Notes under the pieces: generated by a model
Seen by the model: only the letters and a program-made list of their open reading frames with translations
Databases searched by the model: none
Told to the model about the DNA's origin: nothing
Shown: piece by piece, positions 53,470 to 62,821 of the stretch
Position numbering within the stretch: the stretch's first letter is position 1
How the letters are laid out: each line of letters opens with the position of its first letter
Made by a program: the position numbers and the translations under genes
NCBI GenBank assembly: GCA_965242725.1
Contig: CBDESZ010000025.1
Location: forward strand, 32,001 to 96,000
Direction of reading: 5' to 3'
From: Alkalispirochaeta sp.
GTDB taxonomy: Bacteria > Spirochaetota > Spirochaetia > DSM-27196 > Alkalispirochaetaceae
DNA length: 64,000 bases

Positions 53470-54008
53470 TGATTCTCTACGGCAGTCGATACGGTTCCGT
53501 GCGGGAATACGCCGGGTGGGTCCGGGAGGCGGGGGAAAAGGCGGCCGCCGGTGAGGGCGGTGACACGACGCCTTTTCGTACCTTCGACCTCAGGAAGGAG
53601 CGCGGACGCGCCTGGGACGCCGTGCGGGGCGGAAATTCCGACGAGCCGATCGTCGTTCTGGCGCCGGTCTACGCGGGACAGATTTACTCGGCGGTGAAGT
53701 CATTTCTGGAAATGCATATGGAAGAGATTCGCCGTCATCCCCTGGCCCTTGGCATCACCACACTCTATCAGGGTGAACAGGCCGAGGAGGAGATGATCGC
53801 CGGATATCCGCCGGCGTTGATCGCCCACGCGTCGGCGCGGTTCTTTATCGGGGGGCGTATCCGTCCCAACGAACTGCCCTTCTTCATACGCCTGGTGGTG
53901 AAAAAGATCACCGGGAACGATGAAGAGATCGATACCCTCAACCGCGATGCGATCCCGGACATCGTGGCGTGGATTCGGGGGGCGTCGGGGAGTGAGTCCC
54001 CGACGTAA
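53466..54008 (+). CDS. Flavodoxin-domain protein (HemG/Flavodoxin_5-like)
   Basis: ILYGSRYGSVREYA, APVYAG and FIGGRI. Confidence 0.75.
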   Translation: MMILYGSRYGSVREYAGWVREAGEKAAAGEGGDTTPFRTFDLRKERGRAWDAVRGGNSDEPIVVLAPVYAGQIYSAVKSFLEMHMEEIRRHPLALGITTLYQGEQAEEEMIAGYPPALIAHASARFFIGGRIRPNELPFFIRLVVKKITGNDEEIDTLNRDAIPDIVAWIRGASGSESPT

Positions 54009-54043
54009 CACGTTCGTGAATACATACCCCGGGCTCCCAAGCC

Positions 54044-54979
54044 CTATGATTGCTCGATGTGCCGATGGTATGCGCTCAAACCCGCCCGGGCGCCCTCGCC
54101 GAGGGCGACGAGAATCTGTTCGATTCCGACGGTGGTGACGTCGCCGGCGGCAAAGATCCGGGGATGACTCGTTTCGTTCCGTTCATTGATCCTGATCGCC
54201 CCGCGGGGCGTGCAGTCGACGACGTCCGCCACAAGGACGGAGTTGGGCCGGGGATCCCGCTCTACGAAGAAGGCATCGGCGCCTATTGTCTTCTGAGGCG
54301 CACACTCCTCCTTGTGGGCGTCACCGCGGCATATGGTGATACTCCGGGCGAAGGTGTCGCCCTCCACCCGTACCGGGCGGTAACCGTTGTAGACCGCCAC
54401 CACTTCCCGGCGCGCCACCATTTCCAGATGGTGATGGGAGTATTCCGCATGGGGTTCCAGGACGAGGGAGACCGCAGAGCATTGCTCGGCACACTCCATC
54501 GCCGCCTCGATCGCCCTGTCGGAGTCACCGATGACGACGGCGTGTCGATCCCGCAGAAGGTGGGAATAACTGATGGCGCTGCTTCCCAGCCCCTTGCCGA
54601 AAAATTCCCGCTCGCCGGGAATCCCCATCGGTGTCGGCGTCGTACCCGTCGCCACGACGAGATACTCCGTATCCAGACGGGTCGGAGGAGCCCCGGGCTC
54701 GCTGACGGTCACCGCAAAGCCGCCTTCGATCTCCTTCACGGCGGTCACCTTCGCCTTGCGCCACGTGTGGTCGAGATACTCGATGCGCCCCTGAAAGGTC
54801 TGTACCTGTTCCCGTGCCTTGACGATGTGATACTCGCTCATGTCGGGGAGATTGAAACTCAGCGTTGACTTTCCACCCAGGGTCGTTGTGATGAGCTGGA
54901 TGTCCATGCCTTTTCTGATGCAATACATCGTTGCCGCCAGCCCCGCCGGGCCGCCGCCGATGACCACTACCTCGTACAT
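54044..54979 (-). CDS. TrxB/AhpF-like FAD oxidoreductase lacking the CxxC motif
   Basis: IGGGPAG, VVATG, IPGEREFFGKGLG, then SAISY in place of CATCD; IFAAGDVT. Confidence 0.8.
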   Translation of the reverse strand: MYEVVVIGGGPAGLAATMYCIRKGMDIQLITTTLGGKSTLSFNLPDMSEYHIVKAREQVQTFQGRIEYLDHTWRKAKVTAVKEIEGGFAVTVSEPGAPPTRLDTEYLVVATGTTPTPMGIPGEREFFGKGLGSSAISYSHLLRDRHAVVIGDSDRAIEAAMECAEQCSAVSLVLEPHAEYSHHHLEMVARREVVAVYNGYRPVRVEGDTFARSITICRGDAHKEECAPQKTIGADAFFVERDPRPNSVLVADVVDCTPRGAIRINERNETSHPRIFAAGDVTTVGIEQILVALGEGARAGLSAYHRHIEQS

Positions 54980-54989
54980 AGCTGCTCCT

Positions 54990-56375
54990 TTATTCCCCGG
55001 CCGGGCGGCCCGGCGGGGTATCCGGTGCCGGCAGGATCACACCGTGTTCCATGAGGATTTCCGTCATGCGACGGCTCCGTTCGATTCGCGCCAGCGCCAT
55101 TGACTTCAGCGTGTCTCCGTCCAGGTTTCGGCCCGCGATTCCCTGTTCCTGTGCCGTCATGCCCACCGCTGCGGCGATGTCGCCGAACAGATCCCACTCC
55201 TCCATGGTGGGCATGATGCGCTCGGGACCGAAGTCGACGTGCCGGCGAGCCCTTTGGGCGATGGCGTCGGCAGCTGCAAAGCACATCTCGTCGGTGATCG
55301 TCCGGGCCCGGACGTCCAGTGTTCCCCTGAAAATGCCGGGAAAACAGATAGAGTTGTTGACCTGATTGGGAAAATCACTCCGCCCCGTGGCGACCACCGC
55401 CGCTCCCGCTTCCCGTGCCTCCCACGGCCATATTTCAGGCACCGGATTGGCCTCGGGAAAGACGATCGGGTCGGCGTTCATCCTCTTGATCCACTCGGGG
55501 AGGATTGTACCGGGACCGGGGGTGGAGAGAGATATGACCACGTCGGCTCCCTCCAGCGCCTCCGGGATTCCCCCGCTGCGCCGTTCGCTGTTTGTCATTT
55601 CAGCGAGGCGCCACTTTTCGGGATATTCGTTGCGGTTGCGCCGCAGGTCCTCCCGATCGGTGTGGAGGATTCCGCGGCTGTCGTTCACGGTGCAGCGTGC
55701 CGGGTCCGCTCCGCGGGCAAATATCAACCGGGCGCAGGCGACGTTTGCCGCACCGGACCCGATAAAGGCGATGCGCACGTCCTCGATCTTCTTTTGTACG
55801 ATCGAAAGGGCGTTCATGAGACCCGCCAGCGTCACCGTCGCCGTTCCCTGCTGATCGTCGTGCCAGACGGGAATTTCCGCCTGTTCCCGCAGGGTATCGA
55901 GGATGCGAAAGCATTTCGGCTGGGAGATGTCCTCAAGATTGATTCCGCCGAAACTGGGCTGGAGGTTGAGGACTGTGCGTATGATGGAGTCGGGATCGCC
56001 GTCGTTGAGCATGATCGGTACGCTGTCCACACCGCCCAGGTATTTGTAGAGGAGTGCCTTTCCCTCCATCACCGGATAGCCCGCCTTGGCGCCGATATCA
56101 CCCAGACCGAGGACGCGGCTGCCGTCGGAAACGACGGCGACGGTATTCCATCGATTGGTCAGCTCATCGACGAGCTCAGGTTCCGCCGCAATCGCGCGGC
56201 ACGCCTCGGCCACTCCGGGAGAGTACCAGACGGAGAAGTCGTCCATGCCGCGGACGACGCAGCGCGGGGTGGTTTCCATTTTTCCGCCGAAATGTCGATG
56301 CCATTCTACGGCGATGTCGTTCCATTTTTTTGCGTTGTTGAGATCACCGCTGTTGGGAGTATTCTTATTCGACAC
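54990..56375 (-). CDS. NAD(P)-dependent malic enzyme (short form)
   Basis: YSPGVA, VVSDGSRVLGLGDIG, PVMEGK, GGINLEDI, HDDQQGT and ATGRSDFPNQVNN. Confidence 0.93.
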   Translation of the reverse strand: MSNKNTPNSGDLNNAKKWNDIAVEWHRHFGGKMETTPRCVVRGMDDFSVWYSPGVAEACRAIAAEPELVDELTNRWNTVAVVSDGSRVLGLGDIGAKAGYPVMEGKALLYKYLGGVDSVPIMLNDGDPDSIIRTVLNLQPSFGGINLEDISQPKCFRILDTLREQAEIPVWHDDQQGTATVTLAGLMNALSIVQKKIEDVRIAFIGSGAANVACARLIFARGADPARCTVNDSRGILHTDREDLRRNRNEYPEKWRLAEMTNSERRSGGIPEALEGADVVISLSTPGPGTILPEWIKRMNADPIVFPEANPVPEIWPWEAREAGAAVVATGRSDFPNQVNNSICFPGIFRGTLDVRARTITDEMCFAAADAIAQRARRHVDFGPERIMPTMEEWDLFGDIAAAVGMTAQEQGIAGRNLDGDTLKSMALARIERSRRMTEILMEHGVILPAPDTPPGRPAGE

Positions 56376-57162
56376 GGGGCGCCTCGTCGGTCCAGATGCA
56401 GGCGTTGGGATGGTTGAGCATGATGAGTCCCGCCGGATACATCTCCGGCCGCCTGCTCAGTTCATAGAGAATTTCCCGCTTCGCCTGTCCGGGGGCGAAA
56501 AATATCAGCTTTTGAAAGGAGAGCAGGACCTCGGCGCCCAGGGATATTCGTTGTACGCCGCCGTGTTCTCCCGTTTCAAGCGCCGCCCGCCGGGGATCGT
56601 CGGTGAGGAGTTTCCCGTCGCCGATCTGACGCCCCTTGAGATCGTCCGACGGCAGGGCGACCAACTCGGGCGAGAAGAGGCTGGCGGTGTGGCCGTCGGT
56701 GCCGATGCCGAGGATGCCGAGTGCGAAGAGGGCGTTCCGCCGTCCCAGATCGACTACCTGCTCGCCGAAATCGGCGGCCGCCCTGTCTCCGGTTTCGGCG
56801 TTCACGTGAACAAACCGACCGTCCACAAGACCCAGCTTATCGGCCATGGGCCGGATCGTTCCGTAGTTGGACCGGCTGTCCCCTTCCGGCACAAATCGGT
56901 CGTCGGAAAGGAGGAAGTGAGCGGCGGGATGGACCATCCGCGGGGGATGGTCCGCCACGTTGCGGTACACTTCCATAGGGGTGGAACCTCCGGCAAGCAT
57001 GATGACGTATGGTGCCGTCGCCGTCTTGTCGGTGGTGTTGCCGTTTTCGTCGCGGCCGTTGGTATGGTACCCCGGTCCAAATCCGAGATAGTGCCGTATC
57101 TCGTTGAAAAGGGCTTCCGCCGCACGCTGTTCAGTCTCAAACGTTGAAAATTCAACGGCCAC
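56365..57162 (-). CDS. pgl: 6-phosphogluconolactonase
   Basis: LAGGSTP, DDRFVP...SN, LGIGTDGHTASLF and RISL; GTG start just after the zwf stop. Confidence 0.88.
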   Translation of the reverse strand: MAVEFSTFETEQRAAEALFNEIRHYLGFGPGYHTNGRDENGNTTDKTATAPYVIMLAGGSTPMEVYRNVADHPPRMVHPAAHFLLSDDRFVPEGDSRSNYGTIRPMADKLGLVDGRFVHVNAETGDRAAADFGEQVVDLGRRNALFALGILGIGTDGHTASLFSPELVALPSDDLKGRQIGDGKLLTDDPRRAALETGEHGGVQRISLGAEVLLSFQKLIFFAPGQAKREILYELSRRPEMYPAGLIMLNHPNACIWTDEAPRVE

Positions 57163-57164
57163 GC

Positions 57165-58553
57165 TTATGCTCCTTCCGGACCGGCGCTCCCGTATGCGTA
57201 GCGCCGCGGTTTGATTCTCTCCGATTCGATTCGTTTCAGCGCCGGCGTGACGATTTCCCACGCCGCCGCAAGTTCCTGTTTCTGAATAAAGAGCGAGCGG
57301 TCTCCCCGCAGTACGTCCAGGAGCAACCGCTCATACGCCTCAGGGAGGGTAGCTGCAAACTGCTGCTGATAGAGCATGTTCAGCAGTACTTCCGCAGACT
57401 GGAACTGCATGCCCGGGACCTTGTTGTTTACGATCAGTTCAATCGCCTCGTTGGGCTGCACCCTGATACGCAGGGAGTTGCCCACCACGCCGGGGAAGAT
57501 GCTGTAGGGGAGCTCCTTGAAAGTGATGACAATCTCCGTCTTTTGCGTGTCCAGCGCCTTGCCCGCGCTGAGATAGAAGGGCACGCCGTACCAGCGTGGT
57601 GTGGTGACGTAGAGCGTCGTGGATACGTAGGTCTCCGTCACCGAACCGTCCGGTACGCCCTGATCGTCGAGATACCCCTCGTATTGGCCCGTAACGGTAT
57701 TTTCAAGATCGAGGGGCGTCGTCGCCCGGAGGACCTTGGTCTTTTCCTCGGCAATTTCATGTGCGTCCAGCCGGATGGGCTGTTCCATCGCCGTGAGCGC
57801 CATCGTCTGAAGGAGGTGGTTCTGCAGGACGTCCCGTATGATCCCGAAATGGTCAAAATAACCCGCCCGGCCTTCCACCCCGATCTTCTCGGAAAACGAG
57901 ATTGAAATGGACTCCACGTGGTCGCGGTTCCAGATCGGTTCAAAGATACGATTGCCGAATCGAAGAATCAGGAGGTTCTGGATCACCTCCTTGCCGAGGT
58001 AGTGGTCGATCCGGTAGGTCTGCTCTTCCGTGAATATTTCACCAAGAGCCCGTGTCAGCTCCGCCGAGCTTTCCGTATCCCTGCCGAAGGGTTTTTCAAT
58101 GACCACCCGTGACCAGTCCCGGCTCTCCTCATCGGAGAGTCCCGCCTGCCGAATGGAGTGGGCGGTCTTCAGAAAGACGCTCGGCGGTATGGCCATATAC
58201 ATGAGCATGCTCGCCCGCGGCCCGTTGAGTCCTTCCAGACGCCGGCCCAGCGCCCGAAAGTCATCGGCGTTATCATACTGGCCGGTGTGGTAGTGACAGC
58301 GTTTCAGGAAGCGCCCCACCTTGATGTCGCACTGGCTCGGTTCCGGCTCAAAGCGGCACGTCAGCGTTTCCGCAACCTGATGTCGAAACTCAGTGTCCGA
58401 CATCTCCGAGCGGGCGAAACCGACGACGTGAAACCGTTCCGGGAGAAAATCATTGCAATAGAGATTAAAGAGGGCGGGCAGGAGCTTCTTACGGGTAAGG
58501 TCACCGGACGCACCGATTATGACGATATTCACAGGAGTAGTTGTAGCGCTCAC
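57165..58553 (-). CDS. zwf: Glucose-6-phosphate 1-dehydrogenase (plastid-like)
   Basis: GASGDL, EKPFGRD, RIDHYLGKE, GYFD..GIIRDVLQNHL and AYERLLLD. Confidence 0.97.
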   Translation of the reverse strand: MSATTTPVNIVIIGASGDLTRKKLLPALFNLYCNDFLPERFHVVGFARSEMSDTEFRHQVAETLTCRFEPEPSQCDIKVGRFLKRCHYHTGQYDNADDFRALGRRLEGLNGPRASMLMYMAIPPSVFLKTAHSIRQAGLSDEESRDWSRVVIEKPFGRDTESSAELTRALGEIFTEEQTYRIDHYLGKEVIQNLLILRFGNRIFEPIWNRDHVESISISFSEKIGVEGRAGYFDHFGIIRDVLQNHLLQTMALTAMEQPIRLDAHEIAEEKTKVLRATTPLDLENTVTGQYEGYLDDQGVPDGSVTETYVSTTLYVTTPRWYGVPFYLSAGKALDTQKTEIVITFKELPYSIFPGVVGNSLRIRVQPNEAIELIVNNKVPGMQFQSAEVLLNMLYQQQFAATLPEAYERLLLDVLRGDRSLFIQKQELAAAWEIVTPALKRIESERIKPRRYAYGSAGPEGA

Positions 58554-58594
58554 AGTGGGCTATCATAGCACGCTGACGGAAGGCAGGTGAAGCA

Positions 58595-59320
58595 ATGCTC
58601 TACGGGCATCCCCATATCTATGACTCCCTCTACGGACACTTCTCCGAGGACATTCCCTTTTACCTTGACCTCGCCCGGTCGCGGGAGGGACCGGTGTGTG
58701 AACTCGCCTGCGGAAGCGGCCGGGTGACGGTGCCCCTCGCCCTTGAGGGCGTTGAGATTCTCGGCATAGACAGTTCTCCCCACATGATTGCCGCCGCCGA
58801 GCGCCGCGCCCGGGCACATTGGGTGCCGGCGGGCCGGATCGCCTTTGCCGAGGGAGATATGCGCTCTCCCCCCGACGACGGCCGTTTCGGGCTCGTCATT
58901 ATTCCCCTCCACAGTCTCTCCCATCTGCATGAAACGGCCGACGTCCGCGCCTGCCTCTCCGGTGTCCGCGGTGCCCTCCGTCAGGGCGGCCTCTTCGCAT
59001 TCGCCGTCCACAACCCCGATCCGGCGGTTCTTTCCCGCCCTCCCGAAGGGATATATCCCATTCATGGTGATACGGTCCCGTCGGCGTACGAGTCCGTTCG
59101 CTACGACGGCGCGCGGCAGCTGCTCCATCTTTCCTGGTATATCGAGAATGACGATGAGACGGTGCGGTTCGACTATTCCCTGCGGATGTTCTTTCCCCTC
59201 GAAATCGTTGCGTTACTTGAGTGGTGCGGATTCCGCATCGTGGCGCAATACGGCTGGTATGACCGATCTCCCTTTGTCGGGGAGAGCGGAACTCACATCA
59301 TCGTCGCTCGGAGGGACTGA
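58595..59320 (+). CDS. Class I SAM-dependent methyltransferase
   Basis: ELACGSGR, GIDSS and GDMR. Confidence 0.88.
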   Translation: MLYGHPHIYDSLYGHFSEDIPFYLDLARSREGPVCELACGSGRVTVPLALEGVEILGIDSSPHMIAAAERRARAHWVPAGRIAFAEGDMRSPPDDGRFGLVIIPLHSLSHLHETADVRACLSGVRGALRQGGLFAFAVHNPDPAVLSRPPEGIYPIHGDTVPSAYESVRYDGARQLLHLSWYIENDDETVRFDYSLRMFFPLEIVALLEWCGFRIVAQYGWYDRSPFVGESGTHIIVARRD

Positions 59321-59862
59321 AAGTGACGCCGGGCGTACTCCCGGTACCGTCCGGCGGAACGCGGAAGATCGGCTATCTCTTCCGGGCGCAGCTTCCGTAT
59401 CACCTTTGCAGGAACGCCGGCGACGAGGGTGCCCGTCGCAACCTCCATACCGGGAGGAACGAGGGCACCGGCGGCGACCATGGCGTGGGTGCGAATAACC
59501 GCACCGTCCAGAACGGTTGCGGAGATACCGACAAGGGTCTCGTCCTCCACGGTGCAGCCGTGGAGACGGGCCGCGTGTCCCACCGTCACCCGGTTTCCGA
59601 TGGAGAGGGGAAATCGATCGTGGGTGACGTGGAGCACGCTGTTGTCCTGGATATTGGTTTCATCTCCGATACGAACCCAGTGGACGTCGCCCCGAATGGT
59701 GCAGTTGTACCAGACGGCGCTTCCCCGTCCGATATGCACGTCACCGATAATGCGCACTCCGTCAAAGACGAAGGCATCGTCCGCAATCCGGGGGTGGAGC
59801 AGATCGCCTGACGCCGTCTCATAGGCGGCTACCGTCGCCTGCGGTGAAACCCATCCTCCCAT
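59293..59862 (-). CDS. Gamma carbonic anhydrase family protein
   Basis: IRGD, NIQDNSVLH, TVGH...LHGC; hexapeptide repeats. Confidence 0.92.
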   Translation of the reverse strand: MGGWVSPQATVAAYETASGDLLHPRIADDAFVFDGVRIIGDVHIGRGSAVWYNCTIRGDVHWVRIGDETNIQDNSVLHVTHDRFPLSIGNRVTVGHAARLHGCTVEDETLVGISATVLDGAVIRTHAMVAAGALVPPGMEVATGTLVAGVPAKVIRKLRPEEIADLPRSAGRYREYARRHFQSLRATMM

Positions 59863-59874
59863 CGTTGTCTCCCC

Positions 59875-62064
59875 CTAGGCCTGAAAGATTGCGCGACAGT
59901 TCTGTGCCCGCAGCGTCAACTGCTCCAGCAGTTTCCATCGGACAATAGGAATTTTCTGAACCTCTTCTCCGGGAACACGGTAGAGTCTGACATCGCCGCG
60001 GGCGATATACGTGAAGGAAAAGTCCGTCTCTCTGATGATCTCGGCCTCGCCGATACCTTCAAAGGGGCCGGCTATTCCCACCCTTTTTTCGCGACAGTAG
60101 ATATCTACCGTCCCGTCGATGATGAGCAGAAGTTCCCCGCCGGTGGTAAGAGTTTCTCCCGCGGGGACGCGCAACTCCGTGAGTGTCTGGGCAATTGCAT
60201 TGATATTCTCCCCGGAAATACGGTCACCCAGAAGGTACGTACCTTCGAGGAAGTACTTTCGCGTGAGATGTTCCGTCACCGTTCCGCCAAGACCGTTGCG
60301 TTCTATTAGGGAGCGGTACATCTCCCCGGGAATCTCCAGTACCCTGACAAAACTACCGGCACGATAGGTCCGGCGCGTCGGTTCTCCCGCCAGAACCGCG
60401 TGTTCCCCGATCATCGAGCCGACGGTAAGGGTGTTCCGGGTATCCATTTCCGCATCGAGAATCTCCACCAGACCGTCGATGACCAATAGCACGGTGCCGG
60501 GCACCATATGGCGTTTCACAAGGATGGTACCGATGCTGTAGGTGACGGTCCGGCAATTTGCCACCATCTTGACGTCGTAGTCGGGAATATCCCTGAAGTT
60601 GTGACGAATGAGGGTAGTCACGCGGTGTTCAGGGCCGCCGTCATTTCCCCTTATCAATACGTCGGCCATGCCGAAAGAGGTATCCGCACCGATTTCCTTT
60701 TGTTTCAGCGTCAACGGCGTCGAAACGTGGCTCAGCACGATCCGTTCCGACTCATCGTCACGAAAATCCTCGGCGTTGCCGTGAATCATACCGCCGCCGA
60801 TGTCCAGTTTCTTGACGTGAACGGGAGTGAAATAATTCTTCTTCACCTCCGTCGCCAGGGCGACACTGACGGGATCATCCTTTCTGGTCAGCGAATCGAG
60901 CTGGTCGATGGAACAGATATCGGCGAAATGTGCATATGTCCGGTATCCGTCATGCCAGAGGGCGCGAAAAAACATTACCGTCGTCTCTACGGGGTGGGGT
61001 GAGAATACCGGCTTCACCTCAAGGCCATCGATCATATTCCACTGATTCATCGTCAGATCCCGTGGAATGAAAAAACGGTCAAACTCCTCTTCCGGAAAGG
61101 ACATGAGGGCTGAGAGTTTCTTCATCACTGAATGACGGACCTGGGGCGCCGCGTAATAAGGCAGCCGATGGTCCGCCCTGACAAGGGAGGTCAGACCGGC
61201 AAAATGGTCGTCGTGGGCGTGGGTATGAAAGATTCCGTCGATTTCATTGACGCTCATTCCCAGGGAATTGAGGGTGTGAATAACGCTCGGACCCGCATCC
61301 ACCAGGTAAATCCGCCCCTGGAAGACGACAATGCTCGCCATGCATGGACGGTTGATGTCCCATCCGTCACCTTCACCGGTATGGACGATGGAGAAATAGT
61401 CCCGTTTTACCTTCTGCTGCCCAAGGATGTAGGGGGGCTGATAGTGTTCCGTCCGGTCCAGATTGAGGGAGACCTCCTCGTAGTCACCGGCATGGGAAAT
61501 ACGATAGGTGTTGAGGGCGACCCGTTCTATATGAACTCCGGGAATGATTGAGACCGGCTCATTTTCAACAACGATGAAATCGATAAGCTCGTCGGGTCGA
61601 CGGATCTTGCCGAAGGCGAAGGCCGTTTTGATGCGCATGTATTCCTTCGCAGTCGTCTCGTCCACGCCGGCTTCCATCAGCTCTTCGAGGGAAGCCAGTC
61701 CGTAGTTACCACGGAAGATGTACTCTTTCTGCGCCGCGATCTGGTCCCGGGAACCTATAATTATCGGTTTTTTTCCGTCATTGTTGGGGTGGTCGGGGAT
61801 GATCATCCCCTGTCGATAAAGCATCTGGAGAACGGGGAACTCCGCAAGGTTGGAAAACTCTCCGTTCTGGATATTTACATCCGAGAGAAGTATTGCGTTG
61901 GGTCCCGATTCATAGGAGACGCCGCCGCGTTCAATCGAGTTTATGTAACCCCGTCGCATGAGGTGTTTCACGGTATCGGCGGGAGTTCCACAGAGGATTC
62001 GCAGATCCGCCGTGTGTATGTCGACCCAGTATACGCCCGTTGTAACTTTTGACTTCTTCACCAC
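59875..62064 (-). CDS. MBL-fold metallohydrolase with C-terminal cyclic-nucleotide-binding domains
   Basis: LVDAGP, FHTHAHDDHFAGL, HPVET; two cNMP-like segments (GLVE...MIGE...R.TYRA; GTVD...IGE...TYIA). Confidence 0.8.
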   Translation of the reverse strand: MVKKSKVTTGVYWVDIHTADLRILCGTPADTVKHLMRRGYINSIERGGVSYESGPNAILLSDVNIQNGEFSNLAEFPVLQMLYRQGMIIPDHPNNDGKKPIIIGSRDQIAAQKEYIFRGNYGLASLEELMEAGVDETTAKEYMRIKTAFAFGKIRRPDELIDFIVVENEPVSIIPGVHIERVALNTYRISHAGDYEEVSLNLDRTEHYQPPYILGQQKVKRDYFSIVHTGEGDGWDINRPCMASIVVFQGRIYLVDAGPSVIHTLNSLGMSVNEIDGIFHTHAHDDHFAGLTSLVRADHRLPYYAAPQVRHSVMKKLSALMSFPEEEFDRFFIPRDLTMNQWNMIDGLEVKPVFSPHPVETTVMFFRALWHDGYRTYAHFADICSIDQLDSLTRKDDPVSVALATEVKKNYFTPVHVKKLDIGGGMIHGNAEDFRDDESERIVLSHVSTPLTLKQKEIGADTSFGMADVLIRGNDGGPEHRVTTLIRHNFRDIPDYDVKMVANCRTVTYSIGTILVKRHMVPGTVLLVIDGLVEILDAEMDTRNTLTVGSMIGEHAVLAGEPTRRTYRAGSFVRVLEIPGEMYRSLIERNGLGGTVTEHLTRKYFLEGTYLLGDRISGENINAIAQTLTELRVPAGETLTTGGELLLIIDGTVDIYCREKRVGIAGPFEGIGEAEIIRETDFSFTYIARGDVRLYRVPGEEVQKIPIVRWKLLEQLTLRAQNCRAIFQA

Positions 62065-62163
62065 CTACCCTCAAATGAAATGTAGACCGGGGAGGCGGCA
62101 ATTTCAAGGCGCAACGCGGCGCGCACACCGGTCCGGGGCGGCTCCGGAAGAGGCGCCGTCGGT

Positions 62164-62739
62164 CTACCAGCCGACCGTCAGCTCCAGAAGGTGTTGTTCG
62201 CTTTCACGGCGTACCGCGTCCGGCAATGCAGGGAAAAAGGAGAGAACTTCTTCAAAGTGGGTGCGGGCGTTGTCACGGTCTCCCATGGCGAGGTAGGTGC
62301 TCGCCAGGGCGAATGTGGTCAAATAGTCTGAACCGTCAAGTTCATGGGCTTCCTTAAGGAGCTGAAACGCCTCGGAGCCGCGTTCGGTTCGACTCAAAAG
62401 GACGCTGAGATTGCGCAAGACGCTGGCGTTGCGGGGGGCACATGACCGGGCGTGACGAAGGTGGTCTTCCGCCTCACGGTACTCCCGTTTTCTCAGATAG
62501 GCGCAGCCCAGCGCCTCCCACGCTTCGGCGGTCTCTTTCTCCCGGGACACGTAGTAGCCCAGTGCCTTAATCGCCTTGTCATTCTCGCCGTTCTCGGTAT
62601 AGGCGATTCCCACGTTCAGCATCGCGTGGAGGTCCGTCGGATCATCGGCCAGAACGGTGTTGAGAAGGTCGATCGCCTCTGCGTACCGCCCCGTCCGGAG
62701 AAGGTGTTCCGATTCTGTGATACGGTCCCGTACTTCCAT
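62164..62739 (-). CDS. Tetratricopeptide repeat protein
   Basis: Repeated A...G..Y...A helical motifs. Confidence 0.85.
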   Translation of the reverse strand: MEVRDRITESEHLLRTGRYAEAIDLLNTVLADDPTDLHAMLNVGIAYTENGENDKAIKALGYYVSREKETAEAWEALGCAYLRKREYREAEDHLRHARSCAPRNASVLRNLSVLLSRTERGSEAFQLLKEAHELDGSDYLTTFALASTYLAMGDRDNARTHFEEVLSFFPALPDAVRRESEQHLLELTVGW

Positions 62740-62821
62740 GGGAAGAAGCTACGAATAACATACCATTCAAGTCAATAATCAACTCCTTTTCGGATCGTCC
62801 TCTTCCGCGTATAGTTGCCTT

